Of a DNA stretch of 64,000 bases, positions 24,301 through 49,400 are shown in pieces. The stretch is from Macrostomum lignano (Eukaryota). A program made the translations under genes and the position numbers. Where the stretch lies: NCBI GenBank assembly GCA_002269645.1, contig NIVC01001483.1, positions 216,863 through 280,862 on the forward strand. The letters are read 5' to 3'. Each line of letters starts with the position of its first letter. Positions within the stretch are counted from its first letter, which is position 1. The notes under the pieces are model-generated. The model had not been told where the DNA came from and did not search any database. It was given only the letters and a program-made list of their open reading frames with translations.

Positions 24301-24448
24301 AGAAAGCGTTGCTCAGAGTGAAAGCTGGGGAGGCGTTACCATCTCGGTCATACAGGTGCAGCGTGATGGTGGGGCCCTGTTCGGCCACTTTGTAGTCGCC
24401 AGTCACTGAGCAGATTTCGAAAGCAATTTTTGACGATTTGGCACCCAT
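18368..24448 (-). CDS. PLAT-domain lipoxygenase-like protein (695 aa) with non-canonical iron ligands. Exons 24448-24038, 23399-23256, 22432-21540, 20733-20382, 18890-18724, 18488-18368
   Basis: PLAT domain (DWFCEKVII, YFPVHRWI); LOX motifs RLFIVDY, PIALF, PLAIQL, WLQAKLW, HPLYQMLAPH, GYPYREDA and QFDEYGFPPNYP; C-terminal Ile (LNYLVI-stop). All six exons join in frame with GT-AG junctions (phases 0, 0, 2, 0, 2). Confidence 0.9.
18511..18710. repeat. 79-bp tandem repeat (about 2.5 copies) in lipoxygenase intron 5
   Basis: ATTGTTTTCATCTACTGTAAGTAGAAATATAAG recurs at 18511, 18590 and 18669. Confidence 0.9.
18940..20215. repeat. 23-bp minisatellite GGGTAGTTCAGGGGTGATTGTAA in lipoxygenase intron 4
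   Basis: Visible tandem array. Confidence 0.95.
20785..21465. repeat. 28-bp minisatellite GGGAGGCTGGCCCAGCAACTGA(GGATCT/ATATTT) in lipoxygenase intron 3
   Basis: Visible tandem array. Confidence 0.95.
22445..23085. repeat. 26-bp minisatellite GGGCGATTCTCTCACGGTGAGATCTA in lipoxygenase intron 2
   Basis: Visible tandem array; each unit contains the hairpin TCTCAC-G-GTGAGA. Confidence 0.95.
23455..23980. repeat. ~25-bp minisatellite GAAGGGCGATTCTGAAGGGAGCTCT in lipoxygenase intron 1
   Basis: Visible tandem array. Confidence 0.93.
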
Positions 24449-25322
24449 GTTCTGATCTTAAAAAAGCATGAATATTTGTGTTTTGTTATCTAGCATCATG
24501 CATGTATTAACATGCTTTTTTCTTTGAAGTCAAGATTAAGCATTAGATTTTCTAGAACTCTTTGAAAACATTAGCAACTATTACTGGTCTCATTGTCTCA
24601 TGTAATAAAAATTAAAAATAAAAAGTATGTTTACGTTTATATGGTTACAGATGTTGCTATAAATATATAGGGCACATTAAAAACTGATAACTTATTTTGA
24701 CAAAACTTAATAACAAATTTTAGATCTTTAACTCTGTTTTAAGACAAGTCACAAATGTGAGTAGCATATTCAATAACAATTAAGTTGCATGGATAATGTA
24801 ATTGCAAAAGTATGTCATGCAGATCAGAATCCCATCTAGTTGCCACTTGCAATTATGCTTAATATTTTAAATTACAAAACACATAATTTTTTTTGATTAT
24901 TCTAAATATGACGTAAGTTTTTTGTCATTTATTAATTAATAAGTGATAATAAAAAATAGTAAATTAAATTGTTTTATTTAAAATGCAACTTAAAATTATC
25001 ACTTATGAGTAAATAGACTTTGCATATTTTTCAAGATAGAAATATGGCATGCTTTAAAACTAATTAAAAGTGATGTAATCACAAGTGTAAGACTAAGAGC
25101 ATAGGATAGACAGCTATGCATTTATACCCAGAGCTAACTAAGATGTGTATGATATATAAGGCTGGCATAGTGAAATTAAACATCTTGGTTGACAACAAAA
25201 TACCAAACCATTTTTTCTTCAATCAAACTACCAAGTAGAAATCTCTTGACAATTTTTTTCTACATAGGAATAAAGCAAAACATGCATATAAAACTATTAT
25301 ATAAATATATTTGATACTACAA

Positions 25323-25620
25323 CATACATGCGCAACCTCCAAAATTCGGTCGGCCATGCGACTTAGTTTTAACAAAAATGCGACGTAGTTTTTGGCCAAA
25401 AATGCGACTTACATGTAATAAAAACCCTAAAGCAAAATTAACGCAACTTTGGGTAAACGGAAGGAGTAACTATGACTGTCTTATTAGGTAAAAATGCCTC
25501 GTCAGCTACTTAGTAATACTACTTTGGTATTTTTCGGGTGGGCATTTTTGCGACTTCCTTGATTGGCTGCCAAATCGGTCGGCCGGATTGGCCGACTCGG
25601 CCGACTGTTGCGCATGTATG
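25323..25620. mobile_element. 298-bp MITE (hAT- or P-like) with a 28S rRNA-like segment at 25451-25514
   Basis: Perfect 14-bp TIRs CATACATGCGCAAC / GTTGCGCATGTATG and a perfect 8-bp TSD TACTACAA (25315-25322 and 25621-25628). Confidence 0.93.
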
Positions 25621-26850
25621 TACTACAACTTAGTGATATAGAGCACCTCCTGGTTTATGTACTTGTATTTCTATGGTTTGCAAAATATCAGTTCTTTCTT
25701 AGAAATTTGCTAATTTTTAATTCTGCTAATTTATTTGTTTAGCCATTGTGTTTTCTAAAAATATTCTATATGTAAAATTTGTTTAAAAATTTTCTGAATT
25801 TAATATAAACAAAACATCTAAAAGGCAAAAGAGAGCAACCATTTACAAACTCAATTTATTATTTTTATGTTCAATATTTTAGTTCTTCCATTTTGAAAAG
25901 TATTTAGTCTAAATCACTTTGATAGTTTCCAACCAGGCTTATTCATTTCTCTAAGGACTAGAAACCTCAAATTAGGATTATTGAAATCCACTGAAAGTGG
26001 GAATCATCTTAATGCAGTAACTTACCTTAGAGCAATAAAAATGCTCAGAAGATGTGGCCCTCTGATCCTACGAATGCCTAGGACTAGGGATATTAATTCC
26101 CCAGAAAATTTGCACCCCAGGGACCTAGGGATTTGGTCCCTAGTAAAGAATAGATATAGATATAAAAATATAGTTACCTAAAGTTCAAAACCAAAATAAA
26201 GCTAAAATAAGCTAATAAAGCATTATTTCAACATTAAGCAATAGACTAATGTGAATTTTGTTTAAAAACTTTTCAAAACAAATAATTTTACTTCCATTAT
26301 TTTTTAGGTCCCCAAATGACCCTGGCCTAAACCCTAAAGGTCAAAATCAAAAACTTTTTCAGTTTCCCTAGGGAAAATGGTAATGGTACCAACTAAACTA
26401 TAAAAATGGATACAGATATAGAAAGGATTTGCATACTAAAATGCAGATATGGATTACTATTTTGCAGAATCAATGTGGATATAAATATATTAATGCAAAA
26501 AACTGCAGTTCTGGATGAAATACATATTTTGTTAATTGAGTTTTTACTAATAAAATTTATCAATATTATGATAAGATCTATTAAATTTATACCCAAGTTC
26601 ATTTAAAATTGTAAAGATACCATTTTTTTTGCATGTTGTCTAATGAAATAAAGGCTAAGTTTTCTCATGGCACTACTTACTTAATTTAGTATCATGCAAA
26701 TACAATCAGATTTTTTAAATTGCTTTGCTGCCCTACTTCTTGGCAGTCTCTGATTGGTAGATATAGCAAATTGTGATAACAAGGGGATAATGAGCTACAA
26801 CTTGGTAATGACAAGCAATGACTTATCATCATTAGCTTGTTGACACTGCT

Positions 26851-27150
26851 CATACATGCGCAACCTCCAAAATTCGGTCAGCCATGCGACTTAGTTTTAA
26901 CAAAAATGCGATGTAGTTTTTGGCCAAAAATGCAACTTACATATAATAAAAACCCCTAAAGCTAAATTAACGCAACTTTGGGTAAACGGCGGGAATAACT
27001 ATGACTGTCTTATTAGGTCAAAATGTCTCGTCAGCTACTTAGTAATACTACTTTGGTATTTTTTCGGGTGGGCATTTTTGCGACTTCCTTGATTGGCTGC
27101 CAAATCGGTCGGCCGGATCGGCCGACTTGGCCGACTGTTGCGCATGTATG
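26851..27150. mobile_element. 300-bp MITE of the same family, with a 28S rRNA-like segment at 26980-27043
   Basis: Same 14-bp TIRs, a perfect 8-bp TSD ACACTGCT (26843-26850 and 27151-27158), and near identity to 25323-25620. Confidence 0.93.
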
Positions 27151-27509
27151 ACACTGCTGATTTGTTTCTTTCTAACAAGAAACAATTTTCCATCATTATT
27201 CACAATAATTTCGAATGAGAACAAATTTATCTAAAAATAAACAGAAACAAAAATATAACAAAATACTTAATCAATGTTTTGACAAAACTAAATCTGAAGA
27301 TTTTCAACATTTGCAATTTATATCCACATTGATTCTACAAAATAGAAATCCACCTCCATATCAGCATGCATTTTCATAGTTTAGTTGGTACCTAGGGAGG
27401 ATTTTTCAGGGTTAATATCCCTATCTAAGACTGAGAATATTCCCTAGAAGAGTAAATTAGAAATATAGGAATTAGGATAGAAGATAATGCCATAAGACCA
27501 TTCAGGCTA

Positions 27510-29550
27510 GTAGATAAATACATATTATTATACCTTTTTACTTTCAATTTTAAAATATCTACACTCAATATTGACATTTTTACATTCAATTTTGACTGTT
27601 TATGGTATTGCTTGTTAAAATGTTCAACCTATTTTGATAAACTCAAATGCAATAATGACACTTTTTAAACCAAAAATGATAAACTCCAACTTTTATTAAC
27701 AATTTGCTAGTAGATTGGAGTAATTTACATTCAATTTTGATATTAGCCCTAATGGGAAAAGTGAAATTTTCCCAGACATGCATCCAGCGTGTTTTTTAAA
27801 TTTCAAGTTGGCGCAGCGGCTGTGGCCAGGTTGCAGCGCAACGTGGCACAGTCGTGCGGCATGGTGCGGTGGCACAGCGCAGCAGAGCATGGGAGGTATT
27901 GCGTGCGCAGCGCGGTGGTGCGACGTGGCGCAGTGCAGGAGGTTGCGCGCACGGTGCGGCACAGCAGTGCAATGTGGCGCAGCATGGAGCAGCATAATGC
28001 AATGCAACAAGAAAATATCTATGCAGCGTGACGTAGAGCAACTTTTAGGGCTAAATTTTTGGCCTTGGCGCACTTTAAAGCTAAAGACTGTTGCTTCTTG
28101 GCATGCATCTGAGCAGTTTGTGCAAAAAATCCAATAGAGGATATTAGGATACAAAACAGTGACTTTGCCTTACCATCTATAGAATAAAATTGCTTATGTG
28201 CATGCATTTCGATAGACAGCATCATAAAATTACACATTATATTATTAGCACACATTGAAACATTATTTTGAAGTCATATTATTTTCTGTATAGTAGCAGG
28301 TCTACAATTCTAAATACAAAGTTAGCAACAATAAGAGGCAATTTATTATTGACTATAAGAATGATAACAACTTTTTTTACCTGGCTGATGCCTTAGGGAT
28401 CACAAAAACCATAGCATGTCTTTATTAGCAATCAATATTAATATAAAGCTATCAAAAATGTCAAACATTCACATGAGTTAATTAAGATTAAAACATGTTA
28501 GAATTCATAGAGAACTCAATTGATCCTAGTATTATTCTGGCTAAGAGCAATAGTTCAGATTATGTATTAGTGTATACTAGGTTTAATGATGGAAAAATTA
28601 TGAGACCTTGTTTGTATACCAAGTATATACACTAATGTAAAAAAAATTGTCATTGACACAATGTTTTTGCTGTGTTATATACACTAGGATATATCTTGAT
28701 CTATGCTAAAAATAGTAAATACCTTATATCCTAGCATACATGTTGCCTTCCAAACTATAGCCTGGGAGTGCCAAGTGATACCAGTGATTAGCAAACACTC
28801 TTCAAAGCAATGAATTCTTGCTAGATCAGTCAGGGTACATATGCCTAGCTAGAATTAAGATCTAAGCTATAATTGTCACTGTTAAATTATTATATTAATT
28901 ATAATAATATATTAATTATATTATTATATTATATTAGTATCATTATATAATACTAATTATTATTATATAGCCTTTAGACATCAAGTGGTTCTTAACCTAT
29001 AGGTTGTGACCCTTAATACTAATGGTCAATGGGGTTACATGGCCATTTTCTAGGGGTTACAGCACAGAAATATAAGTATCCCATACATAATAATATATTA
29101 TATAGATTTTAAGAGGTTGCAAACATTAAAAAAATGATGCAAGTGAATAAATTGGATCTGCCTAACAAAACTAAATCAAAAAGGTTAAGAACCACTGCCT
29201 TAGGCCTAGTCTATAAAAATTTATGTATATCTACAAGTTTTGTTCTATAGATAAGGGGACAAAGGCCCTATTTTGTACCACTGTCAAAATTGAATACACA
29301 CTCAAAATTACTAGCAACTTGTTAATTAAGGTTGGAGTTTGTCATTTTTGGTTGAAAATTGTTAATGTTACATCTGAGTTTGTCAAAATAGGTTGAACAT
29401 TTTAACAAGCAATACTGGACTGTCAAAATTAAAATATATCACAATTATTATTAAAATAAATCACAAATAAATCAATATTAAGTGCAGATTTTTCAAAATA
29501 GAAAATAAAAAAATATAATGGATAAATTATAAATACATATATTACCAGAA
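27510..29550. repeat. Pair of diverged inverted copies, ~27510-27745 and ~29280-29550
   Basis: ATTGCTTGTTAAAATGTTCAACCTATTTTGA (~27608) is the reverse complement of TCAAAATAGGTTGAACATTTTAACAAGCAAT (~29383); similarity extends over about 240 bp. Confidence 0.75.
28983..29197. mobile_element. Degenerate hAT/Charlie-like MITE
   Basis: Inverted termini AGTGGTTCTTAACCT / AGGTTAAGAACCACTG. Flanks CTTTAGAC and CCTTAGGC suggest a decayed 8-bp TSD. Confidence 0.6.
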
Positions 29551-29718
29551 GACAAGTTACATATATTCATGCACTACCATGGCATAAACATGTATAATAT
29601 CTATAAAACTGCTGGGTTTTTTTTTTCGCCAGAGATAAGGTGCGAAATCGCACCTTGTGCCAAATTTCAAGGTGCGATTTTAAGGCTCAGAGTGCAATTT
29701 CTCTTGAGTCTTGTTTAG

Positions 29719-32213
29719 AATGTGAGGGTTTCACGAGAGATATTCAGACAGACATTCGAAACGATCGTCTGTAACTTTAAACAAAATTGACCCGCTTCAA
29801 CCATCTTTTTGGCAAATACTTACGCAAGTGTTGGGCGTCAAATAAGCTTTAATTTATTAACTGAAGTAAAAATCCTTCTGACATACATTGATTTAAAAAT
29901 TGCTTAGCAACACTAGCTCTGATTAGAAATCGCTTTACTGTTGACTAAAATTGTTTTGATCGTGGCAGCCTAAAAGCAGATGCTGGATTTGGAAATGCTT
30001 CGATTTACTCTATACGCATGTCTCAGCTTTAAAATGACACCTCAGGCATCGCAAAAGACAGCTTTGATGCTGAGATATTCGACACTAAACATGCATTGCT
30101 TTGCGCAATCTCACATTCAGAGATTTCACTGATTTTTTGTCGATATTTGTGCAGCTGCCGTGTCCTTGTTTTTCAACAGAATCTTGTCAAATTCTAGTCA
30201 TGTCCAGTTTAAACCTGGACTTCTCTTAAACTGTCTTAAGTATTTGATTTTTAATGATTCCTGCCTTTATATTGCATAGATTGTACCTGAGTCAGTGAGT
30301 CTGTGAGTGTACATTTGTACATATGGCAACCAATCATGACTTTTTCACCGCTTTGCGGTTCAAATAAATATACGAGTGTACAAGAAACATGTTCCAACTG
30401 TTATTGAGAGAAATTGACGTCGCGTTTATTAACAGTCAGTGGCAATTAATATGAAGCAAATAGTTTATTGTTATGTTTTTACTTTTTTTGCGTGGCAATT
30501 CTGCTATCCAAATCGGAATGAGGTAAGCGGTGGGAATAAAATAAAAAGGAAGAATTTTTTCTACTGTTGTTGCAACCCAATAGCTATATGTACTTCAAAC
30601 TTTTTAGATTGAACAGGCGATTTCTAATGTACTGCTAAGCTTTCCAATCCCTATGGACTACAGTAGCAGTTCTTAACTTTTTTTCTGTCTTGACTTCTAG
30701 ACTCGGAATTCGGAACAACCTAAGGAGCCGCATGAAAATATTTAATTGGATAAAGATATTTTCTAAAAACAGCTCAAGTCGTGACACATCTTCTTCTCAC
30801 CTCAGTCCATCAACTGCTGCTCCTTCTGAGACCAAAGCGATCGTGAAAGTAAAACAGATCAGTTTAGATCCCATGGCCATGAATACAACCATTTCAATTG
30901 TGAACCTGCTTCGCTTACAAGTACGAGCACTAGCCTTCCATTTGATGCCATTAGCTCACTTAACTCTGAAATAGTTCAAGGACGGTTCCAAATGTTGAGA
31001 TCTGACGTAGAAGCAGTCCAATTTGTGGAAATTTATCAACTGGACTCCATGAATCACTCCAATGAAAGGCGGCGAATAGCTGTAGAATGCGTAAACAAGT
31101 TTAAGTGAGTCACAAAAACCCCATTTACTGTAACTACATACACTTGTACGTTAGCAAGGCTCCATGCGATGGTTAATAAATGGAGAAGTAGACAAGCATC
31201 TGAACAAATATTGAATAAAAATCAGTGAAGTTTCCGAATGTGAGTTTGAGCAAAGCAATGTTTAGTGTCGAATATCTCAGCATCAAAGCTGTCTTTTGCA
31301 ATGCCTGAGGTGTCATTTTAAAGCTGAGACATGCGTATAGACATGACTAGAATTTGACAAGATTCTGATGAAAAACAAGGACATGGCAACTGCACAAATA
31401 TCGACAAAAAATCAGTGAAATTTCTGAATGTGAGATTGCGCAAAGCAATGCATGTTTAGTGTCGAATATCTCAGCATCAAAGCTGTCTTTTGCGACCCCT
31501 AAGGTGTCATTTTAAAGCTGAGACATGCGTATAGAGTAAATCGAAGCATTTTTAAATCCAGTATCTGCTTTTAGGCTGCTACGATCAAAACAATTTTAGT
31601 CAACAGTAAAGCGATTTCTAATCAGAGCTAGTGTTGCTAAGCAATTTTTAAATCAATGTATGTCAGAAGGATTTTTACTTCAGTTAATAAATTAAAGCTT
31701 ATTTAATGCCCAACACTTGCGTAAGTATTTGCCAAAAAGATGGTTGAAGCGGGTCAATTTTGTTTGAAGTTACAGACAATCATTTTGAATGTCTGTCTGA
31801 ATGGGTCTCCCTAAAACACGCCCTGCACCGCCCTGCAGCGCTACACATTAAAACAAATTGGACTATAACTAAAGACACTTCAGAATGCGTTTTCTGTTAA
31901 GCTTCAAGTTTTTATTAAATTTAGTTTTTTTTACTTTGAAATATAAAATTCGGTGAACAATAAGTGATATTAATAATAATATTAATAAAATAATAATATT
32001 ATAATTTAATAATGAAAATGAGAATATAAAAAATAATATTTAAAAAAAAAATAAAGATATTTATTCCATTACTATTTTAACTTTTCCTTGCAATCAAATA
32101 CTGCATTGACAAAAAATGTTATAATGTGTAGCAGTTCGGGGCCCGGTGCGGGGCGTGTTTTAGGGAGCCTTTGTCTGAATATCTCTCGTGAAACCCTCAC
32201 ATTGCTCACATTT
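29719..32213. mobile_element. Long inverted-repeat (foldback-like) structure: arm 29719-30204 versus arm 31340-31802 plus 32172-32213, with a partial arm duplication at 31215-31340
   Basis: Example: CAAAATTGACCCGCTTCAACCATCTTTTTGGCAAATACTTACGCAAGTGTTGGGC is the exact reverse complement of the sequence at ~31709-31763. Similarity persists over about 490 bp. Confidence 0.8.
31803..32171. mobile_element. 369-bp MULE-like MITE with a 9-bp TSD, inserted in one arm of the inverted repeat
   Basis: TIR core CTCCCTAAAACACGCCC(T/C)GCACCG at both ends; TSD TGTCTGAAT at 31794-31802 and 32172-32180. The empty site (a single copy of the 9-mer) is present in the other arm at ~29743-29751. Confidence 0.85.
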
Positions 32214-35200
32214 CAGACAACTGGGAATGTATATTTTAATATCTTACATAAGGCTATAGCTATAGGCTATATCGCCTATATGACTTAATAGGATTTAAAG
32301 AGTTATTTTGTTTCATATTTTAAAATTTAAGGCAGTGCATAAAAAATAGCTTAAGCATGGTTAAGCCTTTAAAGAAAAATGGTTATAAGACCGCACCTAA
32401 ACCGCACCTACTTTTTTAATTTCAGGGTGCGATTTTAAAATTTAGGGTGCATACGCACACTCTGCGCACAAAAAAAAACCCTGTATAAAAGTACATAAAA
32501 AAATATAAAAGCAACCCCTAGGGCTAGGACATAGGACATTACATCATTAAGCTTTATTATAAATATAACTTTCTATGAATAACAGACTGCAAACATTACA
32601 TAATTTGATTTTTCACATTTATAAAATTGTGAAGCATCAATCAACTCACTCATAGGCCTAGGCATGCTTTTTGTCTTGGGCGTTGCCCATTGGGCCAAGG
32701 CATGAAATGTTTTGTATCTGTCTGTAATAGGCCACCTGTATTAACAATCAAGAAGAATTAAACTATCTAGTAACCTAGTGTCAATTTCAGTTGTTTTACT
32801 TATTATTGAAGAACATGTATATTTGATGGTACATATATTGTTTATAGCAATTATAATAATCTAGAATCTAGATATTGATATACACGTTACATCCATGTCC
32901 AATAGGCCTATGATAATATCACATAAATGGAATCAGAAATAAAAATGTTGAGTATGTCTTAATATGTGACAAATTATAGTAAGTAGTAAGTAAGTAAGTA
33001 AGTAGTAAGTAGTAGTAAATTTGGCTCAGGCTTAAGGAGCCTGTTTTGCCAGTATAATCCGATGTCTTTAGTATTTGTTCAAAAGGTTAAATTTTTACAC
33101 GAGTTACGATACGAGTTACGATATTTGTAAAAGTAAGGTATTTGAAAGAGCGTCTAGATTTTTTTAAAACGGTTTTCCATAACTTCGTTAGCTTCTCATT
33201 TTAAAAATATTTCTTCCTTGATAATAATATATTAACAAAACTTTTAGAGTTATGGTCTACTAGTTGTTTCTACTTTGCTATAGAACCACCATGCTTTGAC
33301 AACAATTTTTCTAAACTAATGATTGCACGTATTCTTGGACAAAATAAAAAGTATTTAATATTTCGTGGCTATCACACCTGTGTAAGCTCTTTCAAGACTT
33401 CTTCGCGTACTTCGGGCCTCAAAACCTGGTGTCTGTAATTCAACCAGAGTGTAAGAACAGTCGAGAACGAGGGCAAATACTAGTAGAATAGCTCCCTTTT
33501 TCTATTAGTATTTCGACTGAAAGGACAAAATCCACTAGAGAATTATAGTTTATCACAGTTTATGCTGGTCGTTATTTACTCATTTTAGCGCCGCAGGCAG
33601 GCACTAATTGCCTCGATACGGTTTTGTCAAGCCTCAAAGTTTCGTCAGCACGTCGACCAAGCGTGTCCGCATCAGCTCCGACTTCCCTCGGTGGTGTCAC
33701 CCGCCTCATCCAGGCGGAGCTGCTTCTGGACCTTCAACAGGTGGAATTAGGTGCATGAATAGTAGTAGGTGCAGCCGCGAGTAGCAAAGCTCGCATTCTT
33801 ATAGCTTTCCTCTTCGTCTAGTACATGCATGTACGTATACCATGCACTTCTGGCATTTCGGTAAATTAAGTAAGTTACGCGATAAAATCGTAAATATAAA
33901 GCGTTTATTTTTCAGGTGGATTTTTACTTGATATAAGCTTTGTTTTTCTGGCATTTATAAAAGACGATTAAAAGAAGATTTTTTGCGTTGTTTTTTCGAC
34001 CAAGACTCTCATTTATATAGGTAGGTTTTCTCGGCGAATTCTGCATTGAAAAATAGAATTTTTTTATCTAGCGTGGAAATTCAGTTGAGCAGCCAAAGCA
34101 AGCAGGCAGCCAAACCAATGGCAGCTACAGCCGAGACGCTGCCTTCTCTATTGGCCGAGTTGCACTTGTCAGAATTGCATGAGCTGCAGGTGTACATAGT
34201 GATGAACTTCTTAACTTCAGATAATCCATCCAGCTCACAATTTCCACAACCTCCTTTAACCTGAAAAAATGAGGTAAATGACTGTTAACTGGAGTCCTAC
34301 CAAATGCTCAGGAAATCCGCCAGACTCAGTGGTGCGCAGCTGACTCAAGATATATTTGCCATCCGCATAGCCGTGAAGTCGAAAACATTCTTATAAATTT
34401 TGTTTTCGTAATCTTTATGTTAATGCTTAACAATGGATTATTAATATTATTATTATTATTGATTTTGTTATTGTTCGTATCGCAGTCAACAGTGTAGTAG
34501 AGGTGTCAGTCTTGTCACCAGTGTAATCATAGCACTCTATACTGTTGGTCATGGCTGTAACAGACAAATTAATAAATTACACTGTGAGTGTATAAATGCA
34601 ATAGTTCGCGTAATTGTATGAAAGTACAGTTTTTCATATAGTCAGGATGCTCAATTAGCTTACCAATGCACGCAAACAGTACGATGGCAGTAGAGGAAGT
34701 TCTTATCAAGGCGTTAAGTGGCATTATTAATCCGCACGGTTTCGAAATTCGTTTAAATTGATTTTATTATGATTTATGCTTCTTTGGACGGTAAGACAAG
34801 GAATTATAAATCTAGTAGGATTTAGAGATTTTTAACCAGCTAGCCACTTCGCCCATAGAGATTGTTAAAGTCGCAGTTGTTAAAGTTTTAAAGTGTTAAA
34901 GTATATGGGTAAGAAATTTTAAAGTGACCCAAAAATAGAAGATCTATTAGTTTTGCTCATAGACTATTTGAAGACTCCGAAAGTAGACGTCCTGTTTTAA
35001 TGCAGAGCTATTAATAACTGGCGCTTTTTTGATCGAAGAAGCTTTAGCATTGATAGCAATTGCCCATTCTCCTCTGCCCGCGCCAGCCCCCTGCCTGCCA
35101 GTCAGACTGTCCTTGAACGCATTCGCTCCCTGCTATGTTTGGCTGCACAATCCAGATTGTAGTAGTGTCTACTCTTGGCCCCGTGTCATCCTACATACGA

Positions 35201-35370
35201 TTTAATTCTGCTGCCGCTGCCAACTCTCGGGTCTGGAGTGGCTCGGACGCCAGCAGCTGGCACAAATGTTTAGCAGCCAACAATCCGTGTGCCGGCAACG
35301 ATTGCCATACCAGTGACAGCACCGCCGTCGGCAGTCTCATCATCTGTAACAGCGGCAACCACCGCCCTCG

Positions 35371-48796
<13,426 letters not shown>

Positions 48797-48800
<4 letters not shown>

Positions 48801-48842
48801 TTGATTGACTGATTGGCTCCTTGATTGATTGATGGATGGATG

Positions 48843-48873
<31 letters not shown>

Positions 48874-48927
48874 GGATTGATTGGTTGGTTGATTAATTGA
48901 TTGATTGATTGATTGATTGACTGATTA

Positions 48928-48970
<43 letters not shown>

Positions 48971-48971
48971 A

Positions 48972-49031
<60 letters not shown>

Positions 49032-49075
49032 GTTGGTTGATTTATTGGTTGGTTGATCGATTGATTGTTTGATTA

Positions 49076-49111
<36 letters not shown>

Positions 49112-49218
49112 CTGACTTATTGGCTCCTTGGTTGATTGATGGATGGATGAATGGATTGATTGATTGATTGATTGATTGATTAATTGATTGATTGATTGAT
49201 TGATTGACTGACTGATTA

Positions 49219-49265
<47 letters not shown>

Positions 49266-49286
49266 AATTGATTGATTGAATGATTA

Positions 49287-49377
<91 letters not shown>

Positions 49378-49400
49378 AATTGATTGCTTCCATGGTTCCA
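48797..49400. repeat. (GATT)n microsatellite beginning at the channel stop codon
   Basis: GACTGATTGATTG... runs directly from the TGA into the 3' UTR. Confidence 0.93.

Noticed and set aside
25451-25514. Functional rRNA gene
   Set aside because: Only ~64 nt of diverged similarity inside a TIR element with TSDs; no flanking rDNA.
30690-30974. Possible transposase ORF in the foldback spacer
   Set aside because: Short, starts at TTG, and has no recognisable DDE or other motif.
33600-33830. GC-richer patch that could be an exon
   Set aside because: No open frame with plausible splice sites or recognisable homology on either strand.
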